Shown piece after piece: positions 15,854 through 24,120 of a stretch of 28,605 nt of DNA (position 1 is its first letter; each line of letters begins with the position of its first letter). The translations under genes were made by a program, and so were the position numbers. The notes beneath the pieces were generated by a model that was not told where the DNA came from, did no database searches, and saw only the letters and a list, made by a program, of their open reading frames with translations. This stretch comes from Candidatus Muiribacteriota bacterium (GTDB lineage: Bacteria > Muiribacteriota > Muiribacteriia > Muiribacteriales > Muiribacteriaceae), in NCBI GenBank assembly GCA_051747805.1, contig JBNJGP010000032.1, forward strand, positions 1 through 28,605, read 5' to 3'.

Positions 15854-16098
15854 TTTCCTTCCTCCTGAAAAAATTTTGAAAATGCAATTATTCCGGAAAA
15901 TGAGAGAAGCGAATAAAGAATTGCAATATCCATATAATATCCTTCTCCAAAAACAACAGCAAGACAACACATCAGCAGTATAACAAGCACTGAAATTATA
16001 CTGAAAGAAACTAATCTATCAAAAAAAGTAGGACCTGCTATTAAACGATAAAGCGATAAAAATATTAAAAACAAGATAATATAAGAAACATATATCAT
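15850..16098 (-). CDS. MrpF/MbhB-type subunit
   Basis: YRLIAGPTFFDRLV and DIAILYSLLSF. Confidence 0.92.
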   Translation of the reverse strand: MIYVSYIILFLIFLSLYRLIAGPTFFDRLVSFSIISVLVILLMCCLAVVFGEGYYMDIAILYSLLSFSGIIAFSKFFQEEGK

Positions 16099-16610
16099 TG
16101 AAAAATCCTCTTTATCATTTTTTCAAGCCGCGCTTTTATAAGTTTTCCGGCATAAAGGCTGTTTTTTGTTTTATAATCAAACCAGTGTACATAAATATAT
16201 TTATCTTCCATCCATAACGAAAGTGTGCCTGGAACCATTGTAATAGAGTTAGCAAGAAGCGTTCTGCCAACATCAGACTTAAGTCGGGTCTTTATTCTAA
16301 TAACACCAGGATTATACTTTCTTGTAAAAATAAGTTTAACCAGATCCCAGGTAGCAAAATACCCTTCCAGAAAAATCAGTATTATATAAAAAATTAATAG
16401 GTCAGCCCTGAAAACAACAGCACTTTTGTGAAGTTCTTTTTCATCAATATAAATATTATAGGCATAAAAAGCACAAATAATTGAAAAACATACGGCAGAT
16501 ATAAATGAAAAAAAGGAAAATTCCTCAGAAAATATAAACCAGGCAATAAAACATAAAATACTTACGGACAAAATCCTGATATATTTCCAGTAAATTTTAA
16601 TATTTTTCAT
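16095..16610 (-). CDS. MrpE/MbhA-type subunit
   Basis: NPGVIRIKTRLKSD...LANSITMVPGTL...YVHW. Confidence 0.93.
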   Translation of the reverse strand: MKNIKIYWKYIRILSVSILCFIAWFIFSEEFSFFSFISAVCFSIICAFYAYNIYIDEKELHKSAVVFRADLLIFYIILIFLEGYFATWDLVKLIFTRKYNPGVIRIKTRLKSDVGRTLLANSITMVPGTLSLWMEDKYIYVHWFDYKTKNSLYAGKLIKARLEKMIKRIFQ

Positions 16611-16675
16611 TTTTAAACCCTTTTACAAAAGCTCTGTATTTGCCTGAGTCCGGTTGTTCTGTTAGAAACTCTCAA

Positions 16676-16684
16676 ATTATATCA
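16676..16684 (-). promoter_or_regulatory. Extended -10 promoter element for the Mrp-like operon
   Basis: TGaTATAAT on the minus strand, about 65 nt upstream of the ATG at 16610. Confidence 0.55.
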
Positions 16685-16779
16685 TGAATCTTTAAGTTTT
16701 AAAAGAAGATAAACGATATATATATAACAGTTAAAAAGGATTAATAATATGGAAAATAAAAAAAGTAAAAAAGAAATAG

Positions 16780-16821
16780 AAAATAATAAAAAGATAAAAA
16801 AAGCAAGAATATTAATGCTTT
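16780..16821 (-). terminator. Possible weak intrinsic terminator after the radical SAM gene
   Basis: AAAGCA...TGCTTT stem (16800-16821) followed on the minus strand by a long U-rich tract. Confidence 0.4.
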
Positions 16822-16834
16822 CATTGATTTAATT

Positions 16835-18265
16835 TCAATTAGAATTTATAGCTTCAAAAGCTGTCTCACAATTTTTTAAAAATTGTTCAGTTTTTCTTAA
16901 ATCATTTGTCATCTGAAAGTAGAACTTATCTGCTGCCTTTTTTAAATACTTTTTATCACCTGTCATGCCTAGTTTATACATAATTTCGGGAGCCTCATAG
17001 TATTTTAAAGCTTTTTTATAATACTTTCTCTTCTGTGTCCAATTTTCAGCCAAATCACCAGCTTTATCATAATATTTAAATTTAATTTTAAACTTATCAT
17101 CAATTTGTTTTAAAATATTTAAATCAGGTTTATTTCTATTTTCAGAAAAAACCCCTAAAAGATATTTTTTCTTCTTTAAAACATCCTGCTCATTTGAATA
17201 AAATAACTTTCCCTGATATTGAGGAGGAAATTTTTTATATAATTCACTTCCCCTAAAATAATGCAGTCCATAAACTGTAATTAAATCAGGTTTTACCTCT
17301 TTAATAAACAGAGCAGATTTTTCAACATCAAACTCATTTTCTTCAGGATTTCCCACAATAAAAAATAAATTAACATAAATTCCATACTTTTTGCATAAAG
17401 CTATAACTTCCCTAGCATGGTCTAAATTAATTTCTTTCTGCAGCAGATTAAGTATTTTATGTGAGGCAGACTCAATTCCGAAAGAAATGCTGACACATCC
17501 AGCCTCGGCAAGTTTTTTTATAATTATTTCATCCATATAATCTGTTCTGCTTCTTGCATCAAAAACCAGCTTTTTATTTTTTAAAAAATTACATATTTTC
17601 AAAATTCTTTCCCTTGACAAAGTAAAAGTATCATCAGAAAAAACAAAATAATCAACACCTTTTTTAAACAGTAAATTTATTTCCTGCTCAATAGAAAAAG
17701 CACTTCTTAACTTTATCTTCTGCCCATATAGTCCGGGCGAACAGCAGTATATACACTTTCCAGGACAACCGCGGGAAGTAACAATATTTGAGTAAATTAA
17801 AGCACTCTCAGCTGGAAACCCAAGTTCATCAAGATTATTTATTCTTTCAGCACTTACAATTTTATTTTCAAACCCGTTAAAATATTCTTTAATAAAAGAA
17901 TAATCACTTTCATTGCAAAAAAAAGTATTAAACAAAAGGTTATTACGGAGAGTTTTTTTATTTTGCAGAGAAATCGCAGGTCCTCCAGCCACCAGGGTTA
18001 TATCCGGAAAATATTTTTTAATTAAATGTGCGCTTTCAAAACTTATATTATAATTTGAAGAATTAACTGAAAAACCAACTACTTCATCGCCATTTAAAGA
18101 ATCAAGAAAATCATTAATACTTTCAGGATGTAAAAACACAAGATCAGTATTAATTTTGTTTTTTAACGCAGAATTATAAAGATAAAGCAGACCGTTTGGA
18201 ATAATATGTTCTTCAAGGTCATCTTTTGAAACTTCTGGAATATAAACTAAAATAACTTTTTTCAT
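16835..18265 (-). CDS. Cobalamin-binding radical SAM protein
   Basis: N-terminal PNGLLYL...VVGFS...VAGGP B12-domain pattern; TSRGCPGKCIYC CxxxCxxC; FSDDTF; FGIES. Confidence 0.92.
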   Translation of the reverse strand: MKKVILVYIPEVSKDDLEEHIIPNGLLYLYNSALKNKINTDLVFLHPESINDFLDSLNGDEVVGFSVNSSNYNISFESAHLIKKYFPDITLVAGGPAISLQNKKTLRNNLLFNTFFCNESDYSFIKEYFNGFENKIVSAERINNLDELGFPAESALIYSNIVTSRGCPGKCIYCCSPGLYGQKIKLRSAFSIEQEINLLFKKGVDYFVFSDDTFTLSRERILKICNFLKNKKLVFDARSRTDYMDEIIIKKLAEAGCVSISFGIESASHKILNLLQKEINLDHAREVIALCKKYGIYVNLFFIVGNPEENEFDVEKSALFIKEVKPDLITVYGLHYFRGSELYKKFPPQYQGKLFYSNEQDVLKKKKYLLGVFSENRNKPDLNILKQIDDKFKIKFKYYDKAGDLAENWTQKRKYYKKALKYYEAPEIMYKLGMTGDKKYLKKAADKFYFQMTNDLRKTEQFLKNCETAFEAINSN

Positions 18266-19560
18266 ATTTTTAAAGCAATTCTTTTAAAACACTCCTCGAT
18301 TTTTTTAAGACTGTCATAATAGACAAACTCATTATGGGAATGAACATTTCCGCCGGCAGGTCCAAAAACAACAGATGGAATACCCATATGCGCGCAAAGA
18401 ACATTCGCATCACAGGGCCCCATTTTATATACTTTATTTAATTGTTTATTAAAAACTTCCTCAATAATACTCAGGCATCTTTTTGTTTTATTATCTTTTT
18501 CAGCATTTTTCCATCCACTGAGATAAGGCATTTCCCGCTTAACAAGCTTAACCTTCATTTCAGAAGCGGCCTCTTTTATTTCTTTTAAACTCATCTTCTG
18601 AGTTTCATTCGAAACTGTATTTCTATCAACAATAATTTCACCCTGCCCATCTTTTTTATTTTCCCTTTTACCATAAAAAATTTCAATTTTTGATGGCATT
18701 GATAAAAAATATTTATCCCCCTCAATAATACATTTAAAAGAGTGAATAGTATAATTTTCATTCATTAACTCTAAAGCTTTTATTACACCAGCCACAACAG
18801 GATTATTCATTTTTTTACCTGAACCATGTCTTGGAGTAAAAGAAATAGTATGTTTTTGCGCCGTTTCTTTATTATAAGAAGAACAGAAATTTAGATTACG
18901 TACTCTGTTAAAGCTTCTATAGGATTCACCAGTTAATTGTTTTCCCTCTACACCATCAAAATCTACGGCAAAAGAGGCCAGTTTAAAAAAATTATTACAT
19001 TCAATTTTAAATTGAGGCCTTCCAAACCCCCCCATCCATACCGAGGGATATGTTTTAAATACATCTTTATACATTTCATCAAAACAAAGCTCGCCAACAA
19101 GAGCAAAAACAGCCCTGGAAACAACAGGATGCTTTATAAGTTCAAAAACACCAGTACTGTCTCCTTCCTCGTCAACAGTAAAAGCAAAAATAAAACCCTG
19201 CTCACACGGATTTTTTGCAAGCTTCAGAAGTACCGAAAGCATGGCTGCTGCAGCTCCTTTATTATCATTAACACCCCTGCCGTAAATTTTATTCCCATCT
19301 TTAACCATTTCAAAAGGAGGAGTATTCCATTTATCCACAGAAGCGGGGACTGTATCTATATGTGAAGTAAAAAGCACAGGATTAGTAAAATCTCTGCCAG
19401 CATAGGCAATAATATTACCATGTGACTTTGAATAAACAGGCTGAAGTTCATATTCAATATTATGTTTTCTTAAAAAATTAGATAAAAAAGTAATAATATT
19501 TTGTTCTTCGCGACTGAAACTCTTAATTTCAACTAGTTTTTCAAGTATATTTAAAAGCAT
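18262..19560 (-). CDS. M20 metallohydrolase (ArgE/DapE-like)
   Basis: SHIDTVP, GRGVNDNKG, VDEE, VGE and C-terminal GP...VHSHNE zinc ligands; start 19560 or 19575. Confidence 0.88.
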   Translation of the reverse strand: MLLNILEKLVEIKSFSREEQNIITFLSNFLRKHNIEYELQPVYSKSHGNIIAYAGRDFTNPVLFTSHIDTVPASVDKWNTPPFEMVKDGNKIYGRGVNDNKGAAAAMLSVLLKLAKNPCEQGFIFAFTVDEEGDSTGVFELIKHPVVSRAVFALVGELCFDEMYKDVFKTYPSVWMGGFGRPQFKIECNNFFKLASFAVDFDGVEGKQLTGESYRSFNRVRNLNFCSSYNKETAQKHTISFTPRHGSGKKMNNPVVAGVIKALELMNENYTIHSFKCIIEGDKYFLSMPSKIEIFYGKRENKKDGQGEIIVDRNTVSNETQKMSLKEIKEAASEMKVKLVKREMPYLSGWKNAEKDNKTKRCLSIIEEVFNKQLNKVYKMGPCDANVLCAHMGIPSVVFGPAGGNVHSHNEFVYYDSLKKIEECFKRIALKI

Positions 19561-19610
19561 AATTCCCCACAGCATTTCTAAATAAAAATAAAGAAAATTC
19601 TGATTTTTAT

Positions 19611-19660
19611 GTAAATCTAACCACTAAAATCTTTTAAAAAAATTTACTAAATTTAAATAA
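19611..19660. repeat. Degenerate partial copy of the right half of the 115-bp repeat
   Basis: CTAACCACTAAAATCTTTTAAAAAAATTTACTAAATTTAAATAA aligns without gaps to CTGACCACAAAAGTCTTTTAAAAAAAATTGCTAAACTCAAATAA (75-118). Confidence 0.65.
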
Positions 19661-19696
19661 TATGTTACATTATTTTTTAAAAAAAGGAAATTTTTT

Positions 19697-20575
19697 ATGA
19701 AAATTAATGAAACTATGAAAGATAAAATTATAAAAAACCTCAGCGAAGGTGTTATTCTTATTGATAAAAATAAAAAAATAACCTATTGCAACGAGGGGAC
19801 TTTAAATTTAACTGGATTTAAGTCTGAAGATTTAATAAATAAAAACTGTTATAATATTTTACAGGCAATTGATTTAAAAGGAAAACCTTTATGTGACAAT
19901 AACTGCCCTCTGAAACTATTAACCCCTGAAAATTCCGAAATTAAGCAGGATGTTTATATAAATCATAAAGCAGGAATAAGATTTGCGGTTTCTCTAAAAA
20001 CAATTGCTGTATTTAATGATGAAAATAAACTTGAGGGATTAATAGAAATTATAACAGACTTATCCTCACAGACAGCAAGTAAAAAGTATGATGAATTAAA
20101 AAAACTTGCTTTTACCGAAGAAACCACAGGGTTACTTAATAAAAAATTCCTTGAATTCGAACTTAATCATTTTGGAAAACTTGCTCAGAATGCTAATAAG
20201 CATTTCGGGGTTGCACTTGTTTTTATCGATAATTATTTTGAGATTGCAGGTGAGCATGGTTTCTTAAACACAGAAAAAATTTTTAAAATAATTACCCTGA
20301 CAATCAAATATAATTTAGACCCAAAAATAGTAATAGGAAGACTTTCTGATAATATAATGCTTTTAATAATTCCAGAAGAAAATGAAGAACTTTTTAATAA
20401 ACAATTTGAAATGCTCAAGCTTCTTGTTTCCAACTGTGAGTTCCCCTTAAAATCCTCAGACACTTCCTTTTTTAATGTGAATTTAAACGTTAAATTCAGT
20501 TTTTTTACCGAATTTCTAAAAGAATACCACCCAGAAAAATTAAAAAATTTGTTAGAGTCCAGTAAAAAAAATTAA
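19697..20575 (+). CDS. PAS domain plus degenerate GGDEF domain protein
   Basis: NLSEGVILID...N.G..LTGF PAS; AFTEETTGLLNKK and FIDNY resemble the D.LTGL.NRR and DID motifs; the active-site position reads RLSDNI. Confidence 0.8.
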   Translation: MKINETMKDKIIKNLSEGVILIDKNKKITYCNEGTLNLTGFKSEDLINKNCYNILQAIDLKGKPLCDNNCPLKLLTPENSEIKQDVYINHKAGIRFAVSLKTIAVFNDENKLEGLIEIITDLSSQTASKKYDELKKLAFTEETTGLLNKKFLEFELNHFGKLAQNANKHFGVALVFIDNYFEIAGEHGFLNTEKIFKIITLTIKYNLDPKIVIGRLSDNIMLLIIPEENEELFNKQFEMLKLLVSNCEFPLKSSDTSFFNVNLNVKFSFFTEFLKEYHPEKLKNLLESSKKN

Positions 20576-20629
20576 GGTCAATAGCCATTTATACTTTATT
20601 AAAAGTGTTTAGTGGTAAAACCCCTTATT

Positions 20630-21127
20630 TTAGTCTATATACGCAACTTTAGAATTATCCATCTCTGTCTTAGGCTCCTTCTCTTCAGCAGGATACCCAA
20701 TACTGATAAGCGAGAAAGGTAGAAATTCACCTTCGCACCCTAAAAGGTCAGAAATTCCCTTTACTCTATCCTCTCTTGGATAAACACCAAGCCATACAGA
20801 ACCTAGACCAAGCTCAGCAGCCATACATAAAATATTTTCTGTGGCCGCCGATAAATCCTGTTGAAACCAGTCTTTGGCCTTATCATTTTCTAAATCAAAA
20901 GCAACAACAATTGCCAGCGGAGCTTCTTTGACCATTTTGGCATATGGATGTACTTCAGAAATTTTATCTAAAATCTTTCTATTTCTAATTACAAAAAGCT
21001 GCCATGGTTCAGTTCCTCTTGCTGAAGGAGCTGCCAGTCCAGCCCTGACAAGTTGTTCTATCTTTTTATCTTCAATAGTCTGATCCTTATATTTTCTAAT
21101 ACTTCTTCTTTTTAAAATACAGTTCAT
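20630..21127 (-). CDS. Nitroreductase family protein
   Basis: RRSIRKY, APSA..EPW.LFV, AAELGLGSVWLG, IGYPAE; AGGAGG SD. Confidence 0.95.
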   Translation of the reverse strand: MNCILKRRSIRKYKDQTIEDKKIEQLVRAGLAAPSARGTEPWQLFVIRNRKILDKISEVHPYAKMVKEAPLAIVVAFDLENDKAKDWFQQDLSAATENILCMAAELGLGSVWLGVYPREDRVKGISDLLGCEGEFLPFSLISIGYPAEEKEPKTEMDNSKVAYID

Positions 21128-21256
21128 AAAACCTCCTTTTTAAAAAATTCTGTTCTAAATCATATTCATTACTTGTACAACCTTAACATAATATAACTTT
21201 TTTTAAAAATCATTTAGTATTTACACACCAATTCACAATTTAGTCGAAAACCATTT

Positions 21257-21273
21257 AGTGGTCAGGCCTACAC
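21257..21273 (+). repeat. Dispersed 17-mer AGTGGTCAGGCCTACAC
   Basis: Identical to 3608-3624. Confidence 0.9.
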
Positions 21274-21424
21274 TTATCCCATCAAATCAAGGATTTTCTC
21301 TATTTTCATTGAGAATTGCTGGTATTTACACTTTAAATCAGAATAAAAAAACACTTCACAAATGTTTAGAAATAACTTATAAATGTAATTAAGAGATTTA
21401 AAAGTTTAACAAAGGAGTAAAAAA

Positions 21425-21805
21425 ATGAAAAAATTAAAAATAATGAATGATTTAAAAACATTTCTGATTAAGTATTTTAAAAGCAGAACAGTAAATATTT
21501 TTTCAGCAAAGGATATTATTAAAAATTCAATTAACAAAAGGATACTTGAAATAGCTGTAGTAAACAACGTCAATGTAAGCTCAAATATGATTGGAGAGTT
21601 TACAGATGAATTTGACTATGAACTCAAAGAAATGATAATTTCAAACCTGAAAATAATTAAAAAAATTCAGAATAACTCAGTTATTGATTATGTATATTTT
21701 ACAGAAAATGGTATAAACGAATTATGCCATCAGATTGAAGATTTTGTTTTAACTGTTTTTGAAAAATTAATTTTAGAAAACAACGAAAAAAATATTATAA
21801 ACTGA
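21425..21805 (+). CDS. Hypothetical protein
   Basis: 126-aa ORF with AAGGAG SD; no motif recognised. Confidence 0.7.
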   Translation: MKKLKIMNDLKTFLIKYFKSRTVNIFSAKDIIKNSINKRILEIAVVNNVNVSSNMIGEFTDEFDYELKEMIISNLKIIKKIQNNSVIDYVYFTENGINELCHQIEDFVLTVFEKLILENNEKNIIN

Positions 21806-23240
21806 TTTTTTGAACTCTATTTTTGAATTTGAGGATTAATGTGTTTTGATGTATTTCAAAATCACATTCCTCAAAATTCTTTGTTTTATATTTAATTGCA
21901 TTATAATCTTCATCATAAAATCCATTTAATGAAAATTTAAGCTCGTTATGTCTGAAAATATTTTTATTAATATCAATAAATGATACAAGCTGCCCATAAT
22001 TATCAAAAAAATAAATTTTTTCTCTTTTTTTAATAATATATATTTTTCTAGTCGCCTTGAAACCCGAAGAAATTTCTATTACATTATTTTCATCTTCAAA
22101 ACCGCTTTCTAAAGCAATTAAATATTTAGACACCTTATTTATACCACCCCATAAATATCTATCCTCAAAACCAACTCCCGGACACCCATATTCATAAAGG
22201 TGAAAAATTAAAATTTTTTTAAGCTCTTTTTGTATAAATAATGGAATAACAGGGTTTTTAATTCTATCCCAGTAATTATTTATTAAAAAATTAAAATTTT
22301 TTATTTTTTTACCAGATGAATAATCTTTAAAATCCTTATAACCCTTTTCATAAAATTGATTTATAATCCCGTTAAAACTATCTTTAATCCATGAGGCTGT
22401 ATAATCTGCGGGAAAGTTTTTATAATTATTAAGATTATAATATTCTGCATCAAACTCCCATGGAAAAATAGTCTGAATCTGATTGTCAGACTCCAGCCAG
22501 CAAAAAAATTTTTTTAAATTATTAAGAGCCTTTTCAGGATTCTGTCCTCTTTCATAGGACCACAAACCTGCAACTTCCGCATCCTCAGCCCAGACAATAA
22601 GTTTCTTCTTTAAAATATAATTTTTTGTTTTGAAAATGTTCCGGCCATATAAAATCAAAGAGTCAAGAAGATGTCTAGCATAAACCTCATCAGGAAAAAT
22701 TTTTATTTGATCAAGAAAAGGAAGATAATATTTTTTGTTTTTCTTTTTTAACTTAATATTTTCAAGAAAAACCCATTTATATTTTTTCTTTGCCAGTTTT
22801 TTTAAAAAATTTAAATTCCAGCTTCTTTCTGGGATCCAGAAAACTGGATTATGTCCAACAGGTGAAGGAATCATTTCGCCCTCAATATCCTCCCTTAAAA
22901 TTCCAGGAATATTCTGTGAAGGAAGAGATTGAATAATTTTTATATTAGGATTCTGCACGATTTGTTTGAGCATTTTCATTCCCTCAGGATAATTTCGAAT
23001 TCCCTCAATAAAAGTTGCCGAAAAGTTTATTAAAATTTTTAAATTACTGTAATCACAAATCAACTTCATAAGAGGTTTATAACAAACTTTATAAGCAACC
23101 TCAAAATAATCAGAATAGCTCTGATTAAAATGCAGCACAATTACAAACGAGGAAATTTTTTTCTTTCTAAGTCTGCTAACAAAATAACGTGCCGGTTCAA
23201 TAATGAATTCTTCTTTAAACTTTTCACAAATATTTTTCAT
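21795..23240 (-). CDS. Divergent glycoside hydrolase family 57-like protein
   Basis: LHFNQ (HxHQ-like), CYKPL, FWIPERSW (nucleophile Glu region), AEDAE (acid/base Asp region); start MKNICEK at 23240 avoids overlap with the divergent gene. Confidence 0.7.
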   Translation of the reverse strand: MKNICEKFKEEFIIEPARYFVSRLRKKKISSFVIVLHFNQSYSDYFEVAYKVCYKPLMKLICDYSNLKILINFSATFIEGIRNYPEGMKMLKQIVQNPNIKIIQSLPSQNIPGILREDIEGEMIPSPVGHNPVFWIPERSWNLNFLKKLAKKKYKWVFLENIKLKKKNKKYYLPFLDQIKIFPDEVYARHLLDSLILYGRNIFKTKNYILKKKLIVWAEDAEVAGLWSYERGQNPEKALNNLKKFFCWLESDNQIQTIFPWEFDAEYYNLNNYKNFPADYTASWIKDSFNGIINQFYEKGYKDFKDYSSGKKIKNFNFLINNYWDRIKNPVIPLFIQKELKKILIFHLYEYGCPGVGFEDRYLWGGINKVSKYLIALESGFEDENNVIEISSGFKATRKIYIIKKREKIYFFDNYGQLVSFIDINKNIFRHNELKFSLNGFYDEDYNAIKYKTKNFEECDFEIHQNTLILKFKNRVQKISL

Positions 23241-23262
23241 AATGGTATAATAATATCGGATT

Positions 23263-24120
23263 ATGAATAAATTTTCTATAATAATACCTACAAGCAACAG
23301 AAAAAAATACCTGCTTGAATGTTTGAAAAACCTTCAAAATCAGACAATTAAAGCATTTGAAGTATTTATCATTAACGATTTCAGAAAAAAAATTAAAATT
23401 AAAGGAAAATATTCATTTAAAATCAATTTAATAAATTACTGCAACCAACAGGGACCGGGACAATGCAGAAACTTGGCGCTTGAAAAAGCAAAAACCAGAT
23501 ATAGCGTTTTCATTGACGATGACTGTTTTCCTTATAAAAACTGGGCAGAAAATATTCAAAAAAAAATAAAATCAAATCCATCCGCCATTAAAGGAACTGT
23601 TTTATTTGGAGATAAAAACTTTGTTGGAAAATATTTAAACTCCCAGCTATGGGGTTACAGCACTAGCAGGGAATTCAGTTCTACATGTAATTTAATTGTT
23701 AACACTGCCAAGGCAAAAAAAATTAAGTTTGACCCGAAATTTGTATTTGCTTTTGAGGATGTTGATTTCTGTAAAAGATATGGGCTTGAAAACATCGAGT
23801 TCTCAAGTGATATCAAGATTTTTCACGCCGGTAAAGAAAGTGTATTTAACTTGATTAATTCGTATTTTAAGTATGGAGGGGGTAATTTCAAATATAATAA
23901 GAAATACCCACCGTTAAATAAAAAAAATTATTGTTTTAAACATATTTTTAATTTTTTAAAAAAATACAAAAGTCAGCTTCGACTTTACTGCATTTTTTTA
24001 AATAGAAACAAATACACATATTTGCGTTTCCTGATAGTTTTTATTATATTTATACTCCTTGATATATTAAAAATTTTAAGTTATAAAACGGGGTTTTTAT
24101 ATGAAAAATCAAAAAACTGA
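23263..24120 (+). CDS. Glycosyltransferase family 2
   Basis: FSIIIPT.NR, EVFIIND, GPGQCRN, FIDDD, FEDVDF, C-terminal hydrophobic helix. Confidence 0.9.
   Translation: MNKFSIIIPTSNRKKYLLECLKNLQNQTIKAFEVFIINDFRKKIKIKGKYSFKINLINYCNQQGPGQCRNLALEKAKTRYSVFIDDDCFPYKNWAENIQKKIKSNPSAIKGTVLFGDKNFVGKYLNSQLWGYSTSREFSSTCNLIVNTAKAKKIKFDPKFVFAFEDVDFCKRYGLENIEFSSDIKIFHAGKESVFNLINSYFKYGGGNFKYNKKYPPLNKKNYCFKHIFNFLKKYKSQLRLYCIFLNRNKYTYLRFLIVFIIFILLDILKILSYKTGFLYEKSKN

Noticed and set aside
15854..15970. Cys-rich N-terminal extension (MLSCCCFW...) of the MrpG-type ORF
   Set aside because: It is an alternative frame within the MrpF-type gene; the real start is the ATGA overlap at 15853
12043..16610. Membrane-bound [NiFe] hydrogenase (Mbh/Ech) operon
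   Set aside because: No catalytic, FeS or NuoH-like subunits are present, and hydF serves [FeFe] enzymes
21795..21805. 11-nt convergent overlap as a toxin-antitoxin or antisense pair
   Set aside because: Short 3' overlaps are common in compact genomes and neither protein shows toxin or antitoxin features
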